From Bacteroidales bacterium (GTDB lineage Bacteria > Bacteroidota > Bacteroidia > Bacteroidales > GCA-2711565): a stretch of DNA of 64,000 bases. Under the pieces are notes generated by a model, which worked only from the letters and a program-made list of their open reading frames with translations, ran no database searches and was not told the origin of the DNA. A program made the translations under genes and the position numbers. Below, piece by piece: positions 10,447 to 19,593 of this stretch. How positions within the stretch are numbered: position 1 is the first letter of the stretch; each line of letters begins with the position of its first letter. The stretch lies in NCBI GenBank assembly GCA_028280405.1, contig JANQLW010000082.1:3727-67726 (forward strand), read 5' to 3'.

Positions 10447-10933
10447 AATATGTACAATTTTTATGTTTTCATTTTCTGTTCTTTGCCATGTTGCTACCCA
10501 CAAGCATGAGCAGAACCATGACAAAGCCAGTCGGAAAACAAAAAAATCGACAGGGATTATTGCGTAGTCATCTATGGTGTCAAAGAGCGCGTCCTGCAAC
10601 CGGCTCAAAACGATTTTTCAAAAAGAATTTCTAAAAGATGTGTTTTGGGCGAGGCTAGACAGAAACAGTCTATTATTGAACAATAGACATTTGTATTTTT
10701 ACCACAAATAAAGCTGAAAGTCAATTTTTTCCCTGTCAAAATCTGGCTTCTAAAGTTGTGAATTATTAATGCGTTTAGTCGTTTGAATCTTCGGCATGAA
10801 AACCAGAAAATCAAGGGGGATGTGAAAATTTGTATTTGAGGGTTTGCAGTAAAAAAAGCCACGTGTAATACATATCAATTCGATTTATTACCCCGAGGCT
10901 CTAAAGGTGGGTTTGTAAAAAAATTAGGGCGAC

Positions 10934-11168
10934 AAAAAAGGGCGTGAACCTCTGCTTATTCAACTAGCAGAGGTACCGCAAAATACCAGAGTAGAACTGA
11001 AATAAGCATAGAGAACACGCCCTATACAGGCGCATTACTATGTAACGTCTCTCTACTCTTTAAAAATTTGCGGTTTTCTGCTAGAGAGTTAATAGCAACG
11101 CTATTTTTTATATGTCGTTATTTTTTTCTATTCGATAGGCTTTTGATTTTTGATGTGAAACAAAGTTA
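10934..11168 (-). ncRNA. Candidate structured leader/ncRNA with alternative terminator fold
   Basis: TAACTTTG -7 box at 11168-11161; stems GGGCGTG/CACGCCC + U6, GCTTATT/AATAAGC, CTAGCAGA/TCTGCTAG, ACCGCAAA/TTTGCGGT, AGAGTAGA/TCTACTCT. Confidence 0.5.
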
Positions 11169-11256
11169 AAAAAATTACAGATGAAAATATTTACTGCTGA
11201 AAATGTGCATAAATCTATACATAAATTTGATTTTTTATTATAATAAAGATGTCTCT

Positions 11257-14200
11257 CTAAATCATCTTTATTTTTTTTTGAAACTTTTCTGCTTCCTCTT
11301 TCCTGTTAGAATTCTCCAATAACGAAATATAATTTTTGTAAAATACCTCTTTCAGCGAGCTATCTTCAATAAAATGATTTATCCCATTTTTGTAAGCAGC
11401 TTCTGCTTTTTCAGGTTGGTTTAGCCCAATATGATATGCATAAGCCAATAGGGCCCACCATTCCCCAGAATAGTTTTTCACATTCAAGACTTTTTCTATA
11501 ACAGTAACCGCTTTATTGTAATCTTTAGTTGAAAAATACATATCTCCGAGTTTTTCCCAAATTTTACATATAAAGATTTCTTCATCTTTACATTCTTTCA
11601 TAGCCTTTTGATAAAAATCCTCTGCTTTCTGATACTGTTTTAGATGGTTATAAGCATCCCCTATTGAAGTCAACAATTCCCTTTTAGACGGATTCGTATA
11701 TGAAAGCTTAAGGAGTTCTTTGCTTGCATTTATTGTTTTGATGTCATCTCGCATACACTTTAAATATAAATCATACAGTCTTTCCCAGCACTTACGGAAC
11801 CAATAGACATCTCCCGTTGTAATATCTAGCAGTTTTAAATATATGCCTTCAGCTTCTGAATATTTTTTTAAGTACTTATGATTAATTACTCCTGCCTCAA
11901 ATAAGTATGTTTTATTTTTGTAATTTTTATATGAATCATTGCTATTAATATTCTTACTTAAACATTGATAGATTTTAATTGCTTCATCAAATCTATAAAG
12001 TTGTTTTGTATAAAGTTTCGCTAATTGAACCCAAGCATATTCATAATCCGGATCAATAAGTAATGCTTGCTTATAAGCATACTCTATTCTAATTAAGTCA
12101 ATTCCTTGTTTTAGCTTTCTATCCGCCCAGATTAACCAGGGGAATGGGTTCTGGCTGTATTTTAAACTTCTATGAAGTTCATCAATATCGCTATTGTAAC
12201 AAAGCGCAAGGATTATTGGATATAACTCTCCATAACGTTCTTCATTCTTCAATTTTCTCCCACCTTCAATATCAAAATAGCTTTTTATTAACTTTTGCTT
12301 TTTAGCCATCAAAAATAACTGTGCAACAGACTGACTGTTAAGAATTGAGCTTAATTCCTGAGTTGATTTTTTATTAAATGATATTATTTTCTTTAGGGAT
12401 TGTTTATTTATATACTTCAGGGAATTGTACAATAGATAATACAGTCCATCAGATAATTTTGTTTCTTCTATCCATCTTCTTTTTTTAAAAAATGATTTTA
12501 AAGATGACCTCCTTTTTATTGCCCTTTTTTCAACATATTCCTCAATTTCACCATTTTTAATAGGAATACTATAAGCATAAGGTTTTGTGAAAAATTTCCT
12601 TTTATTTATAGAAAAAAGCTTTTGATCATATTTGATTTGTTTTTGAATAATAGTATCAAAATTCATACACTGCAGAAAATGTATATTACCCGACTTATCT
12701 CCAGCAATTATTTCATTTTGATTTCCTATTGTCGCATACATAAAATCAGAATCACCATTGTAATAAGCTAATTTTTTTTTCTTTCCAATATCATACACTT
12801 GGAGTTCGTGTTTTTTGTTTATTAAGCAAAGGGAAAAGTCAGGAGAAACGTTAAGGGGGACGCCGCTTATACTAGTTATATGGTCTCGTTTTTGATTTAA
12901 TATGTTAATTTTTTGTATTGAATTATTAGATAATTTAATCAGGTGTTCTTCGCATTCATCAAAGTAAATGGTATCTTTTTCCCCACTATTTAAATAGATG
13001 TCTGTAAATACATCTTTTTCTAAATCCCAAAGCTTTGAATAAGTCCTGCCTGTTGCAATAAATAAGTATTTTCCAGTCAATGAGAGAGCGTAATTGTATA
13101 TTTCTCCGATATCTTCAATTATTTTCCTCGGTTTATAGCTTTGGATATTAAACAGCTGGATACTTTTATTCAATAATACAACAAAATGTTCTTTATCATT
13201 CAATGGGATTAATTCAACATCATACAAAGCTTCAAAATGATACGATTTAATGAAATAGCCACTGTCAATATACCACAAATGGGCACCATGCTTTGTAGCA
13301 GACAACATCAATTCTCTATTTAACATTATTACAATATCCAACACCTCGTGTTCATCGATCATATGCTTCAACAGAACTCCATTATTTAGGTCCCAGATTT
13401 TTATTGATTTATCTTTGGAAGCAGAAATAAATATTTTTTTTTCAGTGTGATATAACACTTTAACAATGTCATCTTCATGGGCTTTTATATAAAAAAGGAC
13501 TTTATTTGTTTTCAATTCATGAATCAAAATTGTCTTCCCCGTCGCAGAATATGATATAACCCTATTTTCTGAAGGAATAGAGATAATTTCAGTTACCGCT
13601 TTATTATGAGATTCTTTAATTTGTTGAGCAGGAGTGTTTTTGTTTTTTGCGACTTCATCTAAAGAAATGTCCCATATTCGTACTAAACCATTTGTTTGTA
13701 GGCAGATAAATTTTTGTTTATTCCTTAAATATTTAGATTGGATGGCATTATCTGCTTGTATTTCTAAGAAATTTGATCTTTCGCCAGTTTCGGTATTTAA
13801 AAGCCAGAAATTTGAATCCTTTTCTAATAATATATATACAGAGTTATCAATGGATGAAACAGGTACTCCAAGTTCAATACTATAAGACTTAATCTTTTCT
13901 TGTGTTTCAATATCCCAAAGAATAATTTCTTTTGTATTAGCACTAATAAACCGTTTTTTTTCAAACAGGGGTACGAATGCTTGTGTATCTGTCAACGCCA
14001 ATGCTTGCTGTGGATCATCCATATCAATAATATCAGCTGTGGTAAAAGACTTTTCGACTCTTTTTCTTGAAAAATCCCAAAGTGTTGTTGCTGTAGTTGT
14101 TGATAGGAAAACTTTCGTAGCTTGGTATGATCTTATCGATTCTATTGAAAGATTAATGACTTGGCTGAGGTCAGTTTTTTGGATAAGCAATCCACTTTTT

Positions 14201-15123
14201 AAGTTAAAAAAGTAAATTTTCGTCCCGCCATAAGCCAACAATATGTTTTGATGGGGAATAGAACACAAGGTATAAATTTCATACTGTCCTTCATGATCAA
14301 ATCGAAAAACTTCCTTCATGTTTTTTGTATCAAAAAGGATAAGAAAATTATTCGTTTTTCTTTTTAAATCTGATGAAGAATAACCTTCTTCTTGTAAAGC
14401 GATAATAACCAAATTTGTTTCTGGGATGTGTGTTGTAGCAGTGAATCTCATAATACCTTTGTAATAAAAGGTTGACACCAGCTTTCCTTTTTCGATATCC
14501 CATAATTGCAATTCAGTTAATTTATAATTTATTAAGAGTACCAAATCTTTTAGGGGTAGACTATAAAATACGCTGTATTTGTGCTGACTGCTACTCCTTA
14601 TTGCATTCGTCAATATATGAATAGCTGATAATCCTTCCCATGAAGTATTTATAGCCCTTTCTTTGATTTTTTTTGCCACAGGTTTTCTTAGTCCACAATC
14701 CGATGGTTTCAACCAGCTTGATATAAATTGAATCTGTTGCAAAAATTGCTGAATTTCATCTGACTTGAAACCTTGTAGCCGCCCGATTAATTGTTGTCCC
14801 AATTTTACGGAATCATTTTCGATGATGTGCGCAGATAGACGTATGGCATCTTGAATAGTTTGGAGCGTAATATCTTCAATATAATTAAAATCATTCAAAA
14901 GGGAATTGACGCTTCTGTGTTCAATTTTCTGACATAAATAGTCAAAATTCAATAATAATTGTTTTGCTTTCCTTTTTTCAGAAATAGCAAATCGCCTGAC
15001 AAGCTCATCAACAAAATATTTAGTCTTCCATTTTTTCACTTCCAAACGCTTTCTTAAATGCCTTTTCCCCAAATATTCTCTTATACTCATCATCTCCAAA
15101 CATGGATATGAACATCTTATCAT
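11257..15123 (-). CDS. APAF1-like helical domain + WD40 repeats + TPR protein
   Basis: LLLNFDYL..KI..LQTIQDAIRLSAHII..QLIGRL helical motif, many LWD/IWD repeats (AHEDDI..SASKDKSIKIWD), C-terminal TPRs; true start uncertain (GTG 15039 plausible). Confidence 0.8.
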   Translation of the reverse strand: MIRCSYPCLEMMSIREYLGKRHLRKRLEVKKWKTKYFVDELVRRFAISEKRKAKQLLLNFDYLCQKIEHRSVNSLLNDFNYIEDITLQTIQDAIRLSAHIIENDSVKLGQQLIGRLQGFKSDEIQQFLQQIQFISSWLKPSDCGLRKPVAKKIKERAINTSWEGLSAIHILTNAIRSSSQHKYSVFYSLPLKDLVLLINYKLTELQLWDIEKGKLVSTFYYKGIMRFTATTHIPETNLVIIALQEEGYSSSDLKRKTNNFLILFDTKNMKEVFRFDHEGQYEIYTLCSIPHQNILLAYGGTKIYFFNLKSGLLIQKTDLSQVINLSIESIRSYQATKVFLSTTTATTLWDFSRKRVEKSFTTADIIDMDDPQQALALTDTQAFVPLFEKKRFISANTKEIILWDIETQEKIKSYSIELGVPVSSIDNSVYILLEKDSNFWLLNTETGERSNFLEIQADNAIQSKYLRNKQKFICLQTNGLVRIWDISLDEVAKNKNTPAQQIKESHNKAVTEIISIPSENRVISYSATGKTILIHELKTNKVLFYIKAHEDDIVKVLYHTEKKIFISASKDKSIKIWDLNNGVLLKHMIDEHEVLDIVIMLNRELMLSATKHGAHLWYIDSGYFIKSYHFEALYDVELIPLNDKEHFVVLLNKSIQLFNIQSYKPRKIIEDIGEIYNYALSLTGKYLFIATGRTYSKLWDLEKDVFTDIYLNSGEKDTIYFDECEEHLIKLSNNSIQKINILNQKRDHITSISGVPLNVSPDFSLCLINKKHELQVYDIGKKKKLAYYNGDSDFMYATIGNQNEIIAGDKSGNIHFLQCMNFDTIIQKQIKYDQKLFSINKRKFFTKPYAYSIPIKNGEIEEYVEKRAIKRRSSLKSFFKKRRWIEETKLSDGLYYLLYNSLKYINKQSLKKIISFNKKSTQELSSILNSQSVAQLFLMAKKQKLIKSYFDIEGGRKLKNEERYGELYPIILALCYNSDIDELHRSLKYSQNPFPWLIWADRKLKQGIDLIRIEYAYKQALLIDPDYEYAWVQLAKLYTKQLYRFDEAIKIYQCLSKNINSNDSYKNYKNKTYLFEAGVINHKYLKKYSEAEGIYLKLLDITTGDVYWFRKCWERLYDLYLKCMRDDIKTINASKELLKLSYTNPSKRELLTSIGDAYNHLKQYQKAEDFYQKAMKECKDEEIFICKIWEKLGDMYFSTKDYNKAVTVIEKVLNVKNYSGEWWALLAYAYHIGLNQPEKAEAAYKNGINHFIEDSSLKEVFYKNYISLLENSNRKEEAEKFQKKIKMI

Positions 15124-16618
15124 TCATTGCTTCCATGGTTTGCTTTAGATACACATGCTCGGAAGGAATCTCGTCCTGTTCTTTCAGAAAATCATTAAAA
15201 CTTTTATGATAAAACTTGTAGCATTTGTGTAAATTTCCGTCTTCGTCTCTTTCTTCCTTTATATATAAAAATTGTTTCCATTCTCTTAAAACTGATCCGA
15301 TACGACCTTCATCTTTAATACCTGATAATATAGCGATAATTTCTGTGGGATAAGCATTATCAACAAGGGCCAGAACTTTAATAATTGGTAATTTATATTT
15401 AAACCACGCTTTCTCATCTTCCCCCTTCATTCTTTCCCAATGATCTCTGTAATATCCATATAAGCCTTTGGGAATCTGATTTAGCTTTGTATCTTTATAA
15501 TTCCCATTTGCTATTTCAGGCAGTACGTGTTTTAAGTACATAAAATTTCCTTCACTTTTTTCTTCTAAGGCTTTTATGAAATCAGATTCTACAAGGTCGT
15601 ATTTTTTTAGATATTTTTGTATACTTTTATGTTTTACCTCTTTCGTAATATATTTATTAACATCAGCTATATTCTCACTACTATTCTGTTCTAGTCTAAA
15701 GATTTCTTTATTATTCTCATCCGGGATTCTGATCTGATCTTCAATATCTCGCATGGTAAGGATGAAATAAATATTGGGGGGGAGAAATTGGGGAAGAAAC
15801 AGTATATTTATTTTCCTGTAAATAGTCAAGTTATTTAATTCATCTATTCCATCTACTACAATGATAATTTTTTCCTCTTTTTTGAGATTAATTGATACCG
15901 TATTTAAAATTCTTTTGAGAATTTTTCCGTTTTTAACAATATTTTTGGGTAATTTCTCAAACTCAAGCTTCCTCTGTACAATCAATTGTGCACAAATATT
16001 TTGAAGAAAATTCTCTACTGAGTTCGAACCGTCCTTATCAGCATTAATGATATGTATGAAGTATTTATGGTCAAGCGCCAGTTTGATGGATAAAGAGGTT
16101 TTCCCAACACCAGGTTTCCCTATAATAAAGAAATACCCACAACTTTTCTTGGTTATAAATTCATCAATCTTATCATAAACAAATTGACGTCCTACAAACT
16201 TGGATAACAATTGGTTTGATTCCTCAGCGTAAGTTTCAATATAGGGTAGAATATTGTTAAAATCCCTCTTTCTACTTGAATCTTCTCGATATTGAGAAAC
16301 TAAATCTTGTTCCGTAATTTCACCATCTCTCCATAAACGATTAAAATGATCTACATCAAAAGGTTCAATTCCAAAAAAATCGGCTGCAAAATTTAAAGTA
16401 TTTTCTCCTGGTTCTAGTGTTCCGCCATTCAAAAACTTTTGCAACGTTTTTGCTGTCACATATTTTTTTGATTTAGAATCAATATGTTTTTTATTATACT
16501 CATTTTGTATACTTGTTTCCGTAGGTTCTTCCGTGCCAAACAAATTTTGAAGAATATCCTTTTTCGCTAGTTCAGCTTTGATAAATTGTGCAAACCTTTT
16601 TCTGACTTCTTTATCCAT
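15020..16618 (-). CDS. STAND/NACHT-like P-loop ATPase with N-terminal HTH-like domain
   Basis: FVGR, Walker A GKPGVGKT, Walker B IIVVDGIDE, GNFMYL, FYHKSFNDFL (MHD-like); N-term TLQKFLNG..P..NTL..AADFFG. Confidence 0.8.
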   Translation of the reverse strand: MDKEVRKRFAQFIKAELAKKDILQNLFGTEEPTETSIQNEYNKKHIDSKSKKYVTAKTLQKFLNGGTLEPGENTLNFAADFFGIEPFDVDHFNRLWRDGEITEQDLVSQYREDSSRKRDFNNILPYIETYAEESNQLLSKFVGRQFVYDKIDEFITKKSCGYFFIIGKPGVGKTSLSIKLALDHKYFIHIINADKDGSNSVENFLQNICAQLIVQRKLEFEKLPKNIVKNGKILKRILNTVSINLKKEEKIIIVVDGIDELNNLTIYRKINILFLPQFLPPNIYFILTMRDIEDQIRIPDENNKEIFRLEQNSSENIADVNKYITKEVKHKSIQKYLKKYDLVESDFIKALEEKSEGNFMYLKHVLPEIANGNYKDTKLNQIPKGLYGYYRDHWERMKGEDEKAWFKYKLPIIKVLALVDNAYPTEIIAILSGIKDEGRIGSVLREWKQFLYIKEERDEDGNLHKCYKFYHKSFNDFLKEQDEIPSEHVYLKQTMEAMNDKMFISMFGDDEYKRIFGEKAFKKAFGSEKMED

Positions 16619-16741
16619 TTACTATGATTTTAGAATTCTGTGGAATTCTGTGGAAGTTATTCATATTCAATTTCTTGGGTTCATATTTTTGCTGTATGTA
16701 CTTTGAAAATATAAACTATGAATTTACAAAATTATTGAATC

Positions 16742-16897
16742 ATGAAAAAATTAATCACATATCAAGAAAAGTGGTACAGTGCAACGCCAGCTAGAAACCC
16801 CAAAATCGATGATCGAATTTTAATCATTCTATTTTCTGTTTATGGTTTGGCGATTATCGGAACCCTGATTTGGACAATAGTTGTTTCCATCACTTAA
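16742..16897 (+). CDS. 51-aa single-TM micro-protein (not in ORF track)
   Basis: MKKLITYQEKWYSATPARNPKIDDRILIILFSVYGLAIIGTLIWTIVVSIT; followed by hairpin 16912-16937. Confidence 0.55.
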   Translation: MKKLITYQEKWYSATPARNPKIDDRILIILFSVYGLAIIGTLIWTIVVSIT

Positions 16898-16989
16898 CCA
16901 TTCGTTTATCTGAAAAGGGATACTTGTGTCCCTTTTCTTAAAATACATTTAATACAAACTTTTTATTAATCTTTTAATTCTTTTTAATT

Positions 16990-17619
16990 ATGACAAAACA
17001 ATCAAAATTTAAAGTTCCAATTGAAAACAAAAAAAATGTTTCAGAATTGGAAAATCAGAACAAGGAACATCCAATTATTTTATCAAATGAGATTGGATGT
17101 ACGACATTCAAAAAAATGTCTGATCCTACAACTTCTCACCAAGGCCCACTAAAAGCTTTTACACTTTGTGGAGGCGAGGAAATAGAACCCGGCACGCTCC
17201 ATGGCGGTGAAGAGGTCAAACCGGGAACTTTACACGGAGGTGAAGAAATAAAACCAGGTACACTGCATAATACTGGTTATTCTCCTGCCACCTATCGTAC
17301 AAAGGACGGAATGGCCCATTACAAATTTCGTTATGTGGATATTGGCGGAAAATTCGAAATCGATATTCTTTCTCAACCTTCTTATGAAGGTCGAGATGAA
17401 AGTAGTTCAGTGTCACATCGTCTTTCTTCAGATCGTGGCGGGAAGAAAATTTGTTTAAGTGTAGGGAAAGAACCTACCGATCTTGAAACAGCCAAAAAGA
17501 TATGTATGGAGTGGGCAGAATTAACCCACACATATATCAAAACCGGAAAATCTATTGATAAACAAGTAAAAGACAAATCAAATCCATTAAGTAAACTATG
17601 GAATGGTCTTGTAAATTAA
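16990..17619 (+). CDS. E2-like (UBC-fold) protein with N-terminal tandem GG peptides
   Basis: HRL....GGKKICL and WAE....YIKTG parallel prokaryotic E2 H..G.IC and W...Y..TG motifs; three 11-aa repeats upstream; adjacent to JAB and E1. Confidence 0.6.
   Translation: MTKQSKFKVPIENKKNVSELENQNKEHPIILSNEIGCTTFKKMSDPTTSHQGPLKAFTLCGGEEIEPGTLHGGEEVKPGTLHGGEEIKPGTLHNTGYSPATYRTKDGMAHYKFRYVDIGGKFEIDILSQPSYEGRDESSSVSHRLSSDRGGKKICLSVGKEPTDLETAKKICMEWAELTHTYIKTGKSIDKQVKDKSNPLSKLWNGLVN
17161..17268 (+). repeat. 33-bp coding tandem repeat (TL[CH]GGEE[IV][EK]PG x3 + TLH)
   Basis: Read directly; codon third positions differ between copies. Confidence 0.9.
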
Positions 17620-17629
17620 AACCCGGAAG

Positions 17630-17649
17630 AGGGGCGAAAGCCCCTTTTT
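17630..17649 (+). terminator. Intra-operon terminator after repeat-E2 gene
   Basis: AGGGGC-GAAA-GCCCCT-TTTT. Confidence 0.7.
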
Positions 17650-17666
17650 CTTAAACAAAAACTGAT

Positions 17667-18371
17667 ATGAAACCCAACACAAAAAATACAGAAACAATGA
17701 AGATAACTAATAGTGCTTATTATGCTATGCTCAACTATATTGGTTCACTACCTGCTGAATCGGGCGGGGCGCTTTTTGGATACGAAGAAGATAATGTTAT
17801 TCGTCGTTTCGTTCCTGATGAGGATGCACAAACAACTTCATCATCATACACCATGAATACGGATTTTCTTAACCCAACCATTAAGCAACTATGGGAAAAT
17901 GAAAGTCTGTCTCTGCTGGGGATAGCTCATTCTCATCCACAAGGCAGTAAATATCTTAGCAACCCTGATAAGAACTATTTCACGGATTTATTAAAAGATA
18001 TGCCTCGTAAAAAGTTCTATACACCAATTATATTTGCAATGCCGGATGGGAAACTAGATGTTTTTCCATATGTATTCAGTCAAAACTCCAAAACTCCCAA
18101 TGCAATACCGATTGAGATTGTTCCTGATGACCACACGAATCAAACCGATACGGAGATTCCAATACAATCCATAGAAAAAGTGGTAGACAGAACTGTTTTT
18201 ATTGTTCATACAAAAGAAGTTTTGCCTTCTCTTCAATCGGACAAGACGAAAGATAAATTACTCATTCTTTTTTCGATTGCTTTAGTTTTTGGCTTTGTGT
18301 TCATTGTCACTTTATACACCATTCCCGTATTTCTTCAATTAATACTAAAAATGACTTCATTATGGAACTAA
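17667..18371 (+). CDS. JAB/MPN+ (JAMM) metalloprotease with C-terminal TM helix
   Basis: ESGGALFG, HSHP and LSNPD JAMM motif; LLILFSIALVFGFVFIVTLYTIPVFL tail. Confidence 0.85.
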   Translation: MKPNTKNTETMKITNSAYYAMLNYIGSLPAESGGALFGYEEDNVIRRFVPDEDAQTTSSSYTMNTDFLNPTIKQLWENESLSLLGIAHSHPQGSKYLSNPDKNYFTDLLKDMPRKKFYTPIIFAMPDGKLDVFPYVFSQNSKTPNAIPIEIVPDDHTNQTDTEIPIQSIEKVVDRTVFIVHTKEVLPSLQSDKTKDKLLILFSIALVFGFVFIVTLYTIPVFLQLILKMTSLWN

Positions 18372-19258
18372 AAGATTTTTCAAGAATAGAAGGGGCTGTA
18401 GATATACGGTTGCTTCAAGATACTCACATTGTCGGAATTGGTGCCGGTGGAGCATATTGCCTCTATGATTCCCTTGCCCGTTCAGGAGTCGGGAAACTAA
18501 CAGTTTTTGACTTTGACCAAGTAGAAGAAGTCAATATCGTACGACAAGGTTATAAAACCAATCAAATCGGGCGAAAAAAAGTTGATGCGCTCGGTGAACA
18601 TCTTCAATTGGTCAATTCAGGAGTTCAATATCAGGGAATCACAAAGAATTTCCTGAATATGGATCAAAACGAGTTGGATGAAATTTTTGGCAAAGCAGAT
18701 TTATTCCTCTTTTTAACCGATTCCTTTGAGGCGCAAAGCTTTGGGAATATTTTAGCCCTGCGTTATCAGAAACCTGCTATATGGGCCGGGTTCTATGAAA
18801 AATCGCAATGTGCCGAGATTGTTTTTTCAATCCCAAAAGTGGTTCCGGCTTGCTTCAGGTGTGCAGTCAGTCCCAGGTATGTTGCACAACAAGCCTCAGA
18901 CGATGAAATTCAGGTGAGTTCGGCTTGTAATACTATATTTCACAGTCAGCTGTTAGACGCATATTTAGGGATGCTTACAATGGCAATCCTACATAATAAA
19001 ACTGAAGGATTTGAATTCTCAAACTGGTTTGGTGATTATTGGGACAGAAGTTTAATACAATTAAAAGTTCATCCTGATTATGGGAACGAAGCGGGGAGTT
19101 TATTTCATCGAACATTTTCACCCTCTGAAGGGAGGGCGTTTACATTTAATGCTGTTTGGCAACGTATTGAAGTGGAGATACCACCAAAATATGAATTGTG
19201 TCCTGATTGCAAGGGAGCTAGTGAGTATTTAGAAGGTAACCTTAAAAAATCATTTTAA
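18362..19258 (+). CDS. ThiF/E1-like adenylyltransferase
   Basis: IVGIGAGG Rossmann, DFDQVEEVNIVRQ, KKVDAL, zinc CxxC pairs CFRC and CPDC. Confidence 0.9.
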   Translation: MELKDFSRIEGAVDIRLLQDTHIVGIGAGGAYCLYDSLARSGVGKLTVFDFDQVEEVNIVRQGYKTNQIGRKKVDALGEHLQLVNSGVQYQGITKNFLNMDQNELDEIFGKADLFLFLTDSFEAQSFGNILALRYQKPAIWAGFYEKSQCAEIVFSIPKVVPACFRCAVSPRYVAQQASDDEIQVSSACNTIFHSQLLDAYLGMLTMAILHNKTEGFEFSNWFGDYWDRSLIQLKVHPDYGNEAGSLFHRTFSPSEGRAFTFNAVWQRIEVEIPPKYELCPDCKGASEYLEGNLKKSF

Positions 19259-19260
19259 TT

Positions 19261-19572
19261 ATGACAAAAAAAGATATAAAAAATAGTGATGATATATGTC
19301 AGGGTTTAGATGTAGAACAATTTGTTGAATTTATATCTGGTTGTGACCTTGGATACCGCATGGGATTAACGGGTTGTGATGAATCTATTATGGAGTCTAC
19401 AATTTCCCAAGCAAATCCCGAAAAGAAGCCAGCTCTATGTTGGGGTATTTGTAGAGGGTTTATGTCTGCCGTAAACGATATCAAGCGGTATAAAAAAGTG
19501 GAACGGGAAAATGCTTTACAAGTGATAGGGAAATCAAAAGAGAACGAAAAAGGATTGGACTACGAAAGATAA
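19261..19572 (+). CDS. Small GxxxG helical protein (paralog of 21135..21446)
   Basis: GCDLGYRMGLTGC and LCWGI shared with 21135 ORF. Confidence 0.75.
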   Translation: MTKKDIKNSDDICQGLDVEQFVEFISGCDLGYRMGLTGCDESIMESTISQANPEKKPALCWGICRGFMSAVNDIKRYKKVERENALQVIGKSKENEKGLDYER

Positions 19573-19593
19573 ATATGTGTAAATACGATAATT

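Noticed and set aside
10605-10862. 85-aa ORF and the 54-aa N-terminal extension of the 8224 ORF
   Set aside because: Likely promoter/leader DNA; signal peptide begins at the later Met
17170-17245. GGE motifs as a Pup-like tag
   Set aside because: No PafA/Dop ligase in the window; neighbours are E1/JAB chemistry
17161-17268. 33-bp repeats as a mini CRISPR array
   Set aside because: No spacers, in-frame coding, synonymous divergence; no cas genes or CRISPR array seen in the window
16990-19258. CBASS/Pycsar ancillary genes or ThiS/MoaD sulfur transfer
   Set aside because: No CD-NTase, cyclase, ThiS/MoaD or cofactor-biosynthesis gene recognised nearby
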